Assembly (NCBI GenBank): GCA_964016885.1 | Contig: OZ024746.1 | Coordinates: 16,926,001 to 16,990,000 of the forward strand | Source of the DNA: Eledone cirrhosa | Lineage: Eukaryota | Direction of reading: 5' to 3' | Length of the DNA stretch: 64,000 nucleotides | Shown here: positions 25,266 through 36,840 of the stretch, piece by piece | Position numbering within the stretch: the first letter of the stretch is position 1 | Layout: the number at the start of each line of letters is the position of its first letter | The notes under the pieces: model-generated | Database searches by the model: none | The model's input: only the letters and a program-made list of their open reading frames with translations | Told to the model about the DNA's origin: nothing | Program-made: the position numbers and the translations under genes

Positions 25266-25751
25266 AAAAGATTCGACGTCATATGCTGTTGGTTTAGGTT
25301 TATTTATATCGCTGTGATATATATTTCGTCAAGGACTATGGCTAGATAGTGTTCACCCTACCAATTCCAATAATATTAAAAAATTTCTTTTAAAAAATTC
25401 AAAAACTTCCTTGAAATATTTTTTCCCTTTCGTAATACAAAGGACAACAGAATGTGTTGATGTTGTTTCTATGCCATCTGGCCCATGTATGACCCCTTGT
25501 GCTTTGACAGAAGTGTGGGTCAATATCTGTCCTAAGTCACACTACCATTAAGGTTATGTGGCGGAAGAGGGGATAACTGAAAACAAGAAGTAAACATAGA
25601 ATAAAGTAAATTACAAGAAGTTTTAAAAATATTTTAAAGGTTTTTATACCATCTGATGAGCTAAAGGCTATCTAGACATAGACCTTGGCGAAATATGTAT
25701 CATGGAGATATAAATAAACCTAAGTCAACTGCATATGACCTCCCATCTTTT
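25266..25751. mobile_element. Penelope-like/retrozyme remnant with ~85 bp inverted termini
   Basis: 25266-25349 is the approximate reverse complement of 25668-25751. The right arm overlaps a hammerhead motif. TA-rich flanks. Confidence 0.6.
25643..25714 (+). ncRNA. Type I minimal hammerhead ribozyme
   Basis: CUGAUGA (25653-25659); stem II GCUAA.GG.CUAU/AUAG.CC.UUGGC; GAAA (25690-25693); near-palindromic stem III AUAUGUAU; cleavage triplet AUC (C25701); stem I CCAU/AUGG extended by UUUAUA/UAUAAA. Confidence 0.75.
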
Positions 25752-26570
25752 ATATATATTATTGTTGTTGTTGAACCTCCTTTCTTTGTGACAAGTGTTC
25801 CAGTTGATTCAATCAACAGAACTGCTGCCTGCTCATGGAATTAATGTGTAAGTGGCTGAGTATTCCACAGATACATGTAGTTTTAACCTACTTCTCAGGG
25901 AGATTCAGCATGATGCAATGTGTATGTGTATTATAATGCCATTATGATGATTAGATTATAGCTTTTAAAATTCTAATAACATTTTCTTAATTTATTTACC
26001 ATCTTTGAAGCAATTGTTCTTCACAAACACATCATCAGATAGCTTGAATTTGAAATATTTACTTACTCTGCAGATTGTTTAATTTAATAAATATATAAAA
26101 ATGTTAATAAACTGCAATTTATTGAAATGTTTTTAAAAAATCCTCATTTATTTATGTCAAAATTAAAAAAAAATATTTATAAACTTGACAAAACAGATGT
26201 CAATATGTCACAATGGCACTTTAGAAAGAGTGACAGGTGCTGTATTTTGTGTTTTATATAGTTCAGTGCTATGTAAATTACACTTTACTGTACTGCCCAT
26301 ACACCTCCCACATGTTTTAGTTGAAGTTTTGAATGTCTGCTACTGAAGGTGAGTGGTGTAGTAGTTAGAGTATTGGACTTAGAATTGTAAAGTTGTGTGT
26401 TCATTTCCTGGACTGGGTGGTGTGTTTTGTTCTTGAGCAAGACACTTTATTCACATTGCTCCAGTTCACTTAACTGAAAATGAGTATCAGTCATAGCTAG
26501 GAGTGAACACAATAATGGGCTGACATCCTGTGTAGGAGGAAGTCTCGAACTCTTAACTACTTATATTTAC

Positions 26571-26610
<40 letters not shown>

Positions 26611-26861
26611 ATCATTTGACACTACTTGTAGAGACATTTATGTCCAACATAAATCAGATGTGCTGTGATTCAGTAGTTAGCTACCCTACTTAGAAAAAAA
26701 GGGTACATTAGCATCAGGAAAGACATCTGGTTTTAGAAAAGCTGCCGTAACTCTTTCAATACCATATATCTAATGAAACTCAGTGCCTATGATTTGCTAT
26801 TAATTTGAAAACAATCAAGAATTTGGAGGGATTTTGTAATATAACTTTCTCGTTATTAAGT

Positions 26862-27011
26862 TGGTGTAGTGTTGGAGAATTTCAGGAAGCATGGAGGTTT
26901 TAAAGGATGCAGTGTCTCGGCAGCTAACGACTGATGCAGGTAGTTTGTTCCATGGAGGTTTTAAAGGATGCAGTGTCTCGGCAGCTAACGACTGATGCAG
27001 GTAGTTTGTCC
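26862..27011 (-). mobile_element. CR1/L2-like LINE 3' end with internal 61-bp tandem duplication, inserted in a piggyBac-like MITE
   Basis: Minus strand reads WNKLPASVVSCRDTASFKTSM (WNxLP...FK motif). 26890-26950 is repeated at 26951-27009. Confidence 0.75.
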
Positions 27012-28019
27012 CTTGAGGTGGTATGTTATGAAAAGGGTTAAAAAGTGTCAGCTACCTTATACCGACATATAAAAACTACTTAAAGATGCTGCTGATGCTG
27101 ATGATGACTGTTTTCACACTACTGTTCTCTTGCTTATCAGTTCAGTTATCAGTTAATTAGGGTCCCTTTTTCTGTCACACTGCCATGGCTTTGTCAGATT
27201 GCTGTAGAAAATTCCAATTTCATGGTCTGACAATTATTTCCATTATGCAATCAGTGAAATAACTACGTGGCAAAAAATAGGGGAAGAAGAAAAAGAAGAA
27301 TTTTTATATCTTCTGAAATTGTTTGATATCACAACATAGCTTTGGCTTAGACAGCAAATTGGTGGAATTGTTAAAGCAATAACACACAGCAAGCATTTTA
27401 AGGCCAATTTTCTTGCTAAAACAGAGGTTAGCCTTGATGGATCCCACCAAAGGCTTTATACTCATCGTAGGGTCCTTTTTTGAGGTAATGTTTTATAGCC
27501 AGATGTCCTTTTTAGTACTGTCCTTTATAGTACTGTCCCTTTTAATGGCTTCTTTCAGAGTGACTAAAAATTAAAAAAGACAACAAAAAAAACTGGCACC
27601 AGCACTCAATACTGGAGGGTAGAGTGCAACAATTTATTTTCTAAATAGAAAAGTGTTAGAGACTTCAAAGTTTCAGGCTGGTCACTTCATCTGGTTATGC
27701 ATGATGATGATGATGATGATAGATCCTCTGTTGATTTCTTTGATTAGCATCCAATTGAATGATTCCGTAGAATAGATGAAGGAAACAGTGCTCTATGCAA
27801 TATACAGAGCTGGAATGTTATAGTATAGTTATCTTCAACAAGGTTTTGTTGCTACCATTAGTTTGCATTCAGTTTAGATTGTGTGTTTGTACTCAACATG
27901 CGAGACCTTCATTCAGGCAACTATAAAATAAAGATGGCTGATGTTATTTGTATGAGATCTTGTGTGTGTGTATATATATATATAAACCAACATTATTATT
28001 TTATATGTATTCTATATGT

Positions 28020-28115
28020 TTGTTTTTCCTTTTCTCTTTACTTCCAGGTAAGTTAGCATTTTGGCAGAAAGATCTTTGGTTATTTACTCTATTTTCTACT
28101 GTTCCATTGGTGAGT
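28020..28115 (+). other. Candidate recursive splice site with 62-nt cryptic RS-exon
   Basis: ttgtttttccttttctctttacttccAG|GTAAGT (junction 28047/28048), then a second donor ttG|GTGAGT at 28110. Confidence 0.65.
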
Positions 28116-28267
28116 ACCAATTTACCATATCATGTTCTTCTGTCTTCCCTGCTATCCCCTTGGTCAGTACAGCTTTCCTATGACAGAGGTTCTTAAACAT
28201 ATTTTGTCACAGAGTCCCTATATGATTTTCCATAAACCTCAGAACTATTACATGATTTCCCAAAGAC

Positions 28268-28760
28268 TACACCATACCATATCACACCACACCACACCAC
28301 ACTACACTATACCATCCACACCACACCACACCACACCACACCACACCATACCACATCATACCACATCATACCATATCATACCACTCCATACCATGCCACA
28401 TCATACCACACCATACTACACCACAACATACCACACCTCACCACACGATACCATACCTCACCATACCACACCACACCACACCACACCACACTACACCACG
28501 CCACGCCATACTACACTAGACCATACTACACCACACCATACTACACCACACCACACCACACCACACCATACTACACCACACCACACCACACTACACCACA
28601 CCATACTACACCACACCACACCACACCACACCACACCACACTACACCACACCACACCACACTACACACCACACCACACCACACCACACCACACTACACTA
28701 CACCATACTACACTACACCACACCACACCACACTACACCACACCATACCATATCATACCA
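28268..28760 (+). repeat. (CACCA)n-type pentanucleotide microsatellite
   Basis: caccacaccacaccatac.. run; source of the PHHTT pseudo-ORF. Confidence 0.95.
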
Positions 28761-29574
28761 CTCCTCCCTCTCTTTCACACACACACACTCATTCCTTCAT
28801 TTGCTTTTTTTCTTTTTTTTTTTCTCTACACACCTGAACATTACAATTATTTTTGTGATTAGTTACTGCCATGTCACTGAAGACTGGTTCTTTGGATTGT
28901 TTATTTATTTTTATATTGCTGACAATTGTTTCTTCCAATGTCCCATCCTTGCAAGCAGGGAAAACGGAGGTAAGATGATGATGATGATATGCCCTATTAT
29001 TTAGTACTGCCATCTGTTAGTTCCTTCTGGTCATTTCATTTAATAGTTGTTAAAACTTTTATAGATTGCAAGAGAGAGACTAGTTGCTTGAATTTTTTTT
29101 CATTTTTTTCTCACCTACTGGGGTATTTTACATGATTTTCTAAGCTATTATTTTTTACAATTGACTGTGCTTACAGTTATTCTCTGCGTTTGGGATTTCT
29201 ACATTTCCTAAGAATATATCATCATCGTTTTTATATGTTTTTCTAAACTTGCATGGATATATTGTATTACTGAGGTCTCTGTGGCTACTCTGAGTTTCAG
29301 CATAGCAACAGAGGGCAATCTTAGTAATATGTATATAATATATATATGATTAATTGACAGTGGCACTAAGATAGCATTAAGCATAATAAGGATGTATATG
29401 AAAGTGTTTACTATATATATTACATTATTTATTTATATTCATACACAGAACAAAAGCGCTACCTAAGGTTTCAAGGCCCAATATTGACCATATCTCCAGA
29501 TTGTATAAGAGGGATCAAAATTGTGACCTAATCTTCAGGCTCTTAGATGGATAATTTCTGCATACAGTACAATG

Positions 29575-29700
29575 ATGAAATATATTATTAGTTTTACGCT
29601 TGATATAGTAGGAAAAGAGTCTTAACGTCTTGGACGCTAGGCCTTCATTAGAAAATAGAATAAGAAATCAAAGAAGAAATAGAAAGATAGAGGAGAGTGG
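29575..29700 (-). mobile_element. Penelope-type 3' fragment with a degenerate hammerhead (family shared with 57465-57570)
   Basis: Reverse complement reads ttctaatgaaggcctagcgtccaagacgttaagactcttttcct...aaactaat. Confidence 0.55.
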
Positions 29701-29875
29701 GTTGTGGCAGAAACAAAAAAAAAATTGTTAGAGAAAAACAGTCCGTTCAAGTTGCCGTCTCTTGGAAAACGGTTGATTCTGGCATTGTTGTATCAATTGA
29801 TCTTGTTTTAAAAGGTGGTCATCCAACGAATCTAGCTGAAAAGGAAAAAAAAAATCGTTTTTTGTATATAGAACA

Positions 29876-29906
<31 letters not shown>

Positions 29907-30392
29907 CATTATCGTTTTACGTCCGTTCTTCCACGCTAGCATGGGTTATATATAAAAAGTCAAACCAATTATTTATCAAAGTTGCTGTGAGCACCAAGTA
30001 GCTGTTGCTGACCACTTTTATCACCACTCCCCTCCGCTTAGCCTGTAGTATTTGGTCCTTATTGCTGGCTAAGAATGAATAGTGAGATAATGCTGATGTT
30101 AAGGTAGAAGAAGCTTTAAGAAATTTTTCTTACAGAAGCTATAGCTATAAATTGTTAATGCTTTTTGATGATGTAACTATCAAGTTGAATGCAATTGGTT
30201 ATTGAAACTACTACTACTACCATCACCTATTATACCACAATCAATACTACTACTACTACTATTATTATTCCCTCTACTGTGATTTACGATGATTTTAAGA
30301 TAACTATATCATTTATATTATTTGTTATTGCAATACAGTAGTTTTTGTTGTTGTTACTGATGTTGCTGTTACAACATTATTATCAATGTCAC

Positions 30393-30625
30393 TTAACCTG
30401 TTCATTACTATATTTTTTACTGGTAGACACAGCCTGCGATTTTCAAATAATTTTTAAATAATGAAGTTGGAGAGATGTTTTTTTTTCTTATTAATCTAGC
30501 ATTGGAACAAATGTCCTTATATAAAAATATGATGGTTTTAAGATAAATATAAAGTCTTTAAAATAAAACGTGTGATGTTGTAGAACCAAGGGTGGTTCCA
30601 GATGGTTTGGTATCAAAAGGATTAA
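30393..30625 (+). mobile_element. piggyBac-like MITE
   Basis: ttaacctgttcattac ... gtagaaccaagggtggttccagatggtttggtatcaaaaggattaa, with TTAA at both ends. Confidence 0.6.
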
Positions 30626-30999
30626 GCTCTTCTGTAACCTATGTTCGTTTTGTTACTATTCTGTGCGTGCGTGTTTGTGTGTGATATTTCTTTATACAAC
30701 CTTATCCAACTACAAAATACAAAAAGCTTAAACTAGGCTGTCTCTCTGTCTGTATGTGTGTGTGTGTACATATAAATAAATAAATAAATATATATCTGTG
30801 TGTGTGTATGTGTATAAGTACAAAACAGCACTATAACTGCATTTCATTAAAAATTAAAGTCTTAGCGTTACTGCAAATTTTCACAATAATTTGTCGAATC
30901 CATCCACGAATAAAGAGACTACAAACATCTAAATTAACAAACTTGATTTTAGATATTTCCGCTAAATCATTACAGGATGTTAAAAGCTGAGGAAAGTAG

Positions 31000-31325
31000 A
31001 GTGTAGATGTGATCGGGTCTTTGGAGTAATGTTACTCGATAAAATGCATAGCTCGGAGATCAGAGAGTCACTCCAAGTAGAGCCACTACTTCTCCTAATT
31101 GAGAAATCACAGCTCCGATACTATGGGCATGTGGTTAGAATGTTTCAGGAAAGAATCGCTGGGCAGATTTTATGGGCAAAACCAACAGGTAGGAGACCCG
31201 AGGTAGACCCCGAGCAAGATGATTGGATAACATCAATGAGCTTCGCTGGTCTTGCTTTGGGATCCAGCCGGATCAGTTGGAGACAGTTGCTTCTGACAGG
31301 ATCCGCTGGAGGGAGTGTTTGAATG
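31000..31325 (+). mobile_element. RTE-clade LINE ORF C-terminal fragment
   Basis: EIRESLQVEPLLLLIEKSQLRYYGHVVRM..ERIAGQILWAKPTGRRP. Confidence 0.8.
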
Positions 31326-31859
31326 TTTGAGGACTGTGTGTGCATGTGTGGTATGTGTGCTTGGTAGTATGTGTGTGTGTGTAGTATGTGTGTATGCATG
31401 TGTGTGTGTGGTATGAATGTGTATGTGTGTGTGCGTGTGTGTATATATGTGTGTTTATGTGCTTACATATACATGCATGCTTGTTCTTTTCTTTTTTGCT
31501 GTTTGGTCAAGAGAAGGAAGGACACTGCCCATGACCCTTTCCAGGTCCTCTCATACAGGTGGAAGGAAGGTATTTTCAAACTAGAGACTTGGCCCAAATT
31601 CTTGCAACAGAGTGGACTCTGCTAAAGCTACCCAAGTGCCAGGTGGTGGTGTTTAAAGCAACTAATGGATTAAGTCTACCTGAAAGCAGGTTACTACAGG
31701 ATTTAAACTCGGAACTTGTCCTCCAAAATTCCACCAGTCCATGGACTGGTTCTTTATTTTATTGATCCCGAAAGGTTGAAAAGCAAAGTTAATTCCTGTG
31801 AAATTTGAACTAGGAGTGCAAAGAGCTGAAACAAATAATTCACTATATATGTCACTGGC

Positions 31860-31890
<31 letters not shown>

Positions 31891-31995
31891 CATTGTATGT
31901 CTGTATGTCACTGGTAGTGTGTATGTGTGTTTGATTGTAGCTCTTGTTTGAAATGTGTTTATTTTCATATTAATCATTGAAAAAGTTAAATTAAT

Positions 31996-32052
<57 letters not shown>

Positions 32053-32055
<3 letters not shown>

Positions 32056-32230
32056 CTACTCTCGATTCCTTTGCCTCTGCCATCTGTGCAGTTTGAACAA
32101 CTAGAAATTCCCTTCTGGGAAATATGAGCAGACCCTTACATGAAGCCCATTCCGCCAGGAATTAAGATTGATGCTTTTATTTTTCACTTTTATATTCAAT
32201 TCTGTCTCATTTAAGTCACTCATTTAGAAA
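32053..32230 (+). mobile_element. Short Penelope RT C-terminal fragment
   Basis: cccctactctcgattcctttgcctctgccatctgtgcag is nearly identical to 34926-34965 (IPYSQFL.L..LCS motif). Confidence 0.6.
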
Positions 32231-32744
32231 AGACATTAGGGCATACTCCAGGTCACTACATTTTGTGTATGTATATGTATTTATTAATAGCATGTGTGTA
32301 AGTATGAATAATGTGTGTGTTCATAATGTGTGGGCAAGTGTGTGTTAGTAACATCGGTTTGTATGTTTTAGAAGGGTTTGTGTGTCTTAGTAACGTGTAT
32401 GTGTATGGGTTAGTATACATGTGTATATATGTGTGTGTATGAGTTAGTAGCATGTATGTGTGTTAGCAAAATGTGTGTGTATGAATTAGTAATATTTGTG
32501 TGTGTGATTTGTATATTGTTCTAAATAAAAATCTCATAGTTTTATATTGGTTCATTTCACTCTGACTCACCAACTAACCTTACAAATTCCTTTATATAAA
32601 TTGTGCTCAGCAGTTTCACCTCATCTTAATTTTTTTGTCTTAATGGCTGATATGAAAATAAATTCAGAAAATAAGATCCTTCTTAGCTCTTGTGAAGGAA
32701 GAAAGAAAATTTTGACTCAAAAAGGTTGTTTTTTTTCAGTTGAA

Positions 32745-32785
<41 letters not shown>

Positions 32786-33654
32786 AGTTGTTCATGATTT
32801 TGTTTCTTTTATAAAGAGTAGAAGGGTGGGTGGATGGGGTGTGTGAATAAAATCATTAAAAAGGGGGAAAATAGGGCTCTTTTCTACAAATTGAGTTTAT
32901 TATGCTTCTTTCATTATCAACATTCCACATCATACACTTGAAATATCTCCATGCATATAATATAAATTATAAAAAATTCAAGATGGCAGCAACATAAAAG
33001 AAAATGAACTTCATATTGTTATAGAGAGAAAATTTTTTTTTATGACTTCTAAATTTTAAAAAATCTATTCAGTTATTTATTTATATATTGGAGATTTAAT
33101 CCTAGATTTTCATGCCAGAATTTTTATCATTCAAAAAATTATTTTTCTTTACTGCCATTTCACCCCCACCCCAACTTTTTTTTACATGGAAAAGACACCA
33201 GATGATGAGAAAAGTAGAAGAATTTGTATTAAACTGAGTTCAGTATAGAAAATTCATAGACACAGTGGATGTTTGTGTGATTTTCTTTTTGGTAGTAAGA
33301 TAATGTTGTTCTTCTATAATGTCTCACTTTGTCGTTAAAATTGTGGTGAACTAATTTTGTGAGATGGGAGAAATATTTCCAGCCAGTTAAATCTTCCTCG
33401 TAATGATGAAAGAAAAGGATGAGAAAAACAGGCATTATATAATAAGAAACACTGATATCATATCTTATATCAAACATATCTTGGGTTTTAGAATAAGTAC
33501 ACCATATCTCTGCATGTCATAAGAGGTAACTAACAGGGTTGGCATTAGGAAGGGCATATCCAGCTATAAAAGTTGCCTCAGAAAGTCCCAATAACCTATG
33601 TCACCATGGAAATGCAAACGCGAAATCAATGAGGATAACGGTGAGATATACATG

Positions 33655-33694
<40 letters not shown>

Positions 33695-33734
33695 AAATAC
33701 AAAGTTTAGATGTTAAAGTCCTTTATTGATAAGG

Positions 33735-33808
33735 CCATGATACATATTTCGAGGACATTGACTACGCAATTCAGCGTAGAAGCCACTGCCATGCTATCTT
33801 CAGACAGT
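33735..33808 (-). ncRNA. Degenerate hammerhead ribozyme within a ~270 bp CpG-containing element (33695-33965)
   Basis: Reverse complement: ctgt-CTGAAGA-...ctacgc tgaatt gcgtag...-GAAA-tatgtat-c-atgg. The 3' half cgaaatatgtatcatgg is identical to 25689-25705. The base of stem II is mismatched. Confidence 0.5.
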
Positions 33809-33980
33809 GTCTTACATAATAAAGTTACAATCAAGGAGGTAATCCAAAATTGAAGTGACAAGGGAACGGATAAACAGCGATGTTCATGAAACAAATGGGG
33901 AATGGGCATTCGATTCATGATCATCGCTAGTTGGATGCAGACATTGAATTTTGTCAAAGACGATATTTTTAATATTTTCT

Positions 33981-34232
33981 TTAAACCTTTCATTACCATT
34001 TTCTAATAAAATACATTACCTCTGTGTTATAATTAATTTTGAAAATAACCAAAAATTTGAAGGAATTCAAGTTTTTCATTAGTTAACTGATATTTAGAAA
34101 TGTTACTTAACAAATAGTTCTAAAATAAGATTATGTTAGAAGGTTTTAATATAAAGATAGATATTTTATAATCAGGAATTTTGTAACATAAATTTAGGGC
34201 AATTTCAGATGGTTTAGTACAAAAAGGGTTAA
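33981..34232 (+). mobile_element. piggyBac-like MITE
   Basis: ttaaacctttcattacc ... ggtttagtacaaaaagggttaa; an inverted partial copy begins at 34326. Confidence 0.6.
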
Positions 34233-34899
34233 CATCTATTTTTATATACAAACTTAGTTATTTTAGGTTCAGAGATATTTACTTATTTTTATCAGTCTCC
34301 CCATAAATCTTTATCCTACCTGCTGTTAACCTTTTTGATACCAAACCACCTGGAACCACCTCTGGTTCTATGACACAAAACTGTTTATATTCATCTAAAA
34401 TCTTTCCATAATAATTTTATGTAAGAACTTTTTGTTAAGTGTGTTTCAAACACCAACTTAATAATTTAAAACTAAAAATATGACTGGTGATGATGATGAC
34501 AATGACACTTCTGACAATGGTTGTGTGTGTGTGTGTTCTAAATAGAGGTGTAACAGCTACTAATTATTATTCCACTAGTATGCTCCCTGCTACAAGAAGC
34601 AGCTTCATTGGTGATGTTACCATACCATTCTTGGTTCTCTGCTGTCAAAGAACTCATTAAAAATTCTACCCATTATATCTATTTTGCATATTGCACCAAA
34701 ATTCAGTTCACAATAATAAAAAACAAAAAGGTTACAGACACACACACACATTCCCAGTGTGTATTGGGAGGTTACCACTTAAAAAAAAGGTACTCAATGC
34801 TTTAGTAGAGTATAGAAATCTTTATTTAATATAGAAATGACTTCTACAGGACTAGAACTATTTCATGAAATCATCAGATAGATAGAATATGTATTACTC

Positions 34900-35690
34900 T
34901 GTGTGTGAGATACCAAACACTCCATCCCCTACTCTCAATTCCTTTGCCTCTGCCATCTGTGCAGTTGAACCCATGATTTTGAAATGCAGACTCATTATAT
35001 GGCTACACTGTTCACTTGGCGAGGTTACCTCCCCATTATGGTCCAAGCCACCATCACCTGAGCCCACTTCATGGCATCCCCACCATCCGACTCTCATTCC
35101 TCCTTATCAAGCACCCCTTCAGTTTGTCCCTCCAGAGGACAATCCTCCATCTCTTCTGCTGACTCCAGTTGGACATACTTCATCTTCCCCATTTCCCCCT
35201 CCGGTACCTTCCCTCCTCCAAGCATGTGTGTATGCAAGCTCAGGAATTTCTTCATCTGCAATTCCATTCCTCACCCCAAATCCTTTCCTGCATCTCACTC
35301 TTGCTCCCACTGTCACACATACAACTTCAACACCATAACCCTCTCTGGGCCCAATGACTAGGCCTAAGTCAGGGACTCCTTCCACTGCACCTTCTCCAGT
35401 CTTGTCTATGGGCTCTGCTGCACGCTTTGCAAGGCTGTCTACATTTCACAAACTGGTCATTAAATTGCAAACAGTTTGCCAAGCATCTCCGGGACACCTG
35501 GTTTAGCAACCAGTTCCTGGTCGTCTAACATATCCACTCTACTGAACAGTCCATACACCATCTCACAGTTTTTTTGCTTTGTTGCTTGCCCCGGACTCTC
35601 GGACTCATGCTTGATGAGAAAGCAGTGCCTTATTTTTTCTCTCCAAACTTTCAAACTTTTACTGGGCTACACCTTCTTCTTTTAGTCTGC
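34900..35690 (+). mobile_element. Penelope-like element remnant (RT C-terminus plus GIY-YIG endonuclease)
   Basis: KHSIPYSQFLCLCHLCS; PSGTFP; RDSFHCTFSSLVYGLCCTLCKAVYISQTG (VY..C..C...YIG.T motif); LIFSLQTF. Many frameshifts. Preceded by an inverted pLTR-like piece at 34755-34880. Confidence 0.8.
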
Positions 35691-36420
35691 TTTTTCCCCA
35701 GTAACCACCTCCCATCCATTCTCACACCAGCATGTGTGATCAGCCACTTCACCAACACACCCACCCACATACATACACAGACTCACCAACATGACCATAG
35801 GCATAAATACACATTTAATTGTACTAACACTACTAATTAACTAATTAATCACACTAACATGATGAACTAAACTACACAACCAATTTAAACATCAACACTA
35901 CACTCCTTTACTATTAGCATACATACACACACACTACCACTACAAATAAGCACAACAGCTCACTCTAACAGTGACATTCTTTTCTTAGTGCACAACACAC
36001 AGCCATCTCACCCACCACTCCTCTGGTCACTTCATGAAATAGCACAGCTTTGACCACCACACACATACACACTCTGTTTGGCCCTCATTTTATTCATCTC
36101 CATTATTGAATGGCCAAGTTCATCAGAGTTGTGCCCCTTTACAGCATTATCTCCCTTAAATACTACAAAGTAGGTATAATGCATGCATATCCGTATAGCT
36201 ATTCATCTATCTTTCCTAATTCTTCATAAATATAAATAAAACGACAAGCTTCCACAAAGTTTACATATATCAAATGTCACTCAAAGCATTAATTAGTCTG
36301 AAGCTATAGTAGTAGTAGTAGTCACTGGCTCTCTGTGCCTTCCTTTGGGAACAAAATTTGAACCATGTGGTTAAAAAGCTAAATTCTTAACCATATAGCC
36401 ATACCTGTGCCCCATGTATG

Positions 36421-36461
<41 letters not shown>

Positions 36462-36614
36462 TATACACACATACGCACACACACACATCCAGTTGATTTT
36501 ATGAAACATTTGAGAAAATTAAATGCAGTTGTTCCAATCTAAATAACACCAGTCAATCACTATAAACAATAGTTGGAAAAATTGGGTAAAATACCCCTGG
36601 AGATGGAAAAAAGG

Positions 36615-36700
36615 GGCAGAGGCACCTGTAAGGACTAGAACCCCACATATTTTGAATGCTGGGAACAAGTACATTAACCATTATACTAGAGGGTCCTTGA
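36615..36700 (-). repeat. Degenerate tRNA-like repeat (related copy at ~16750-16820)
   Basis: Reverse complement has A-box-like tagtataatgg and B-box-like ggttctagtcc, but no intact cloverleaf. Confidence 0.35.
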
Positions 36701-36840
36701 CCACGAATTACCATCTTTTAGAAGATTTTAAGCTTTGACCCCTTGTAACTTAACATATCTTTAAAACATAACTTGAAGGTTATTACATAGAATTATGATG
36801 GAAAGTTTTTGAATAAATATAAACCTGTTAAAACAATGAG

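Noticed and set aside
26310-26360. Donor AAG|gtgagt suggesting an exon
   Set aside because: gtgagtggtgtagtagttagag is the decayed head of a tRNA-derived SINE.
28132-29004. 290-aa PHHTT-repeat ORF
   Set aside because: Product of the (CACCA)n microsatellite.
32750-32830. Poly-T + gcag acceptor and 38-nt exon (LVHDFVSFIKSRR) in frame with MEPLN
   Set aside because: A homopolymer tract explains the acceptor, the donor (gtgggt) is weak and the peptide is unrecognisable; likely chance.
36615-36700. tRNA gene
   Set aside because: Only A/B-box remnants; the stems do not close into a cloverleaf.
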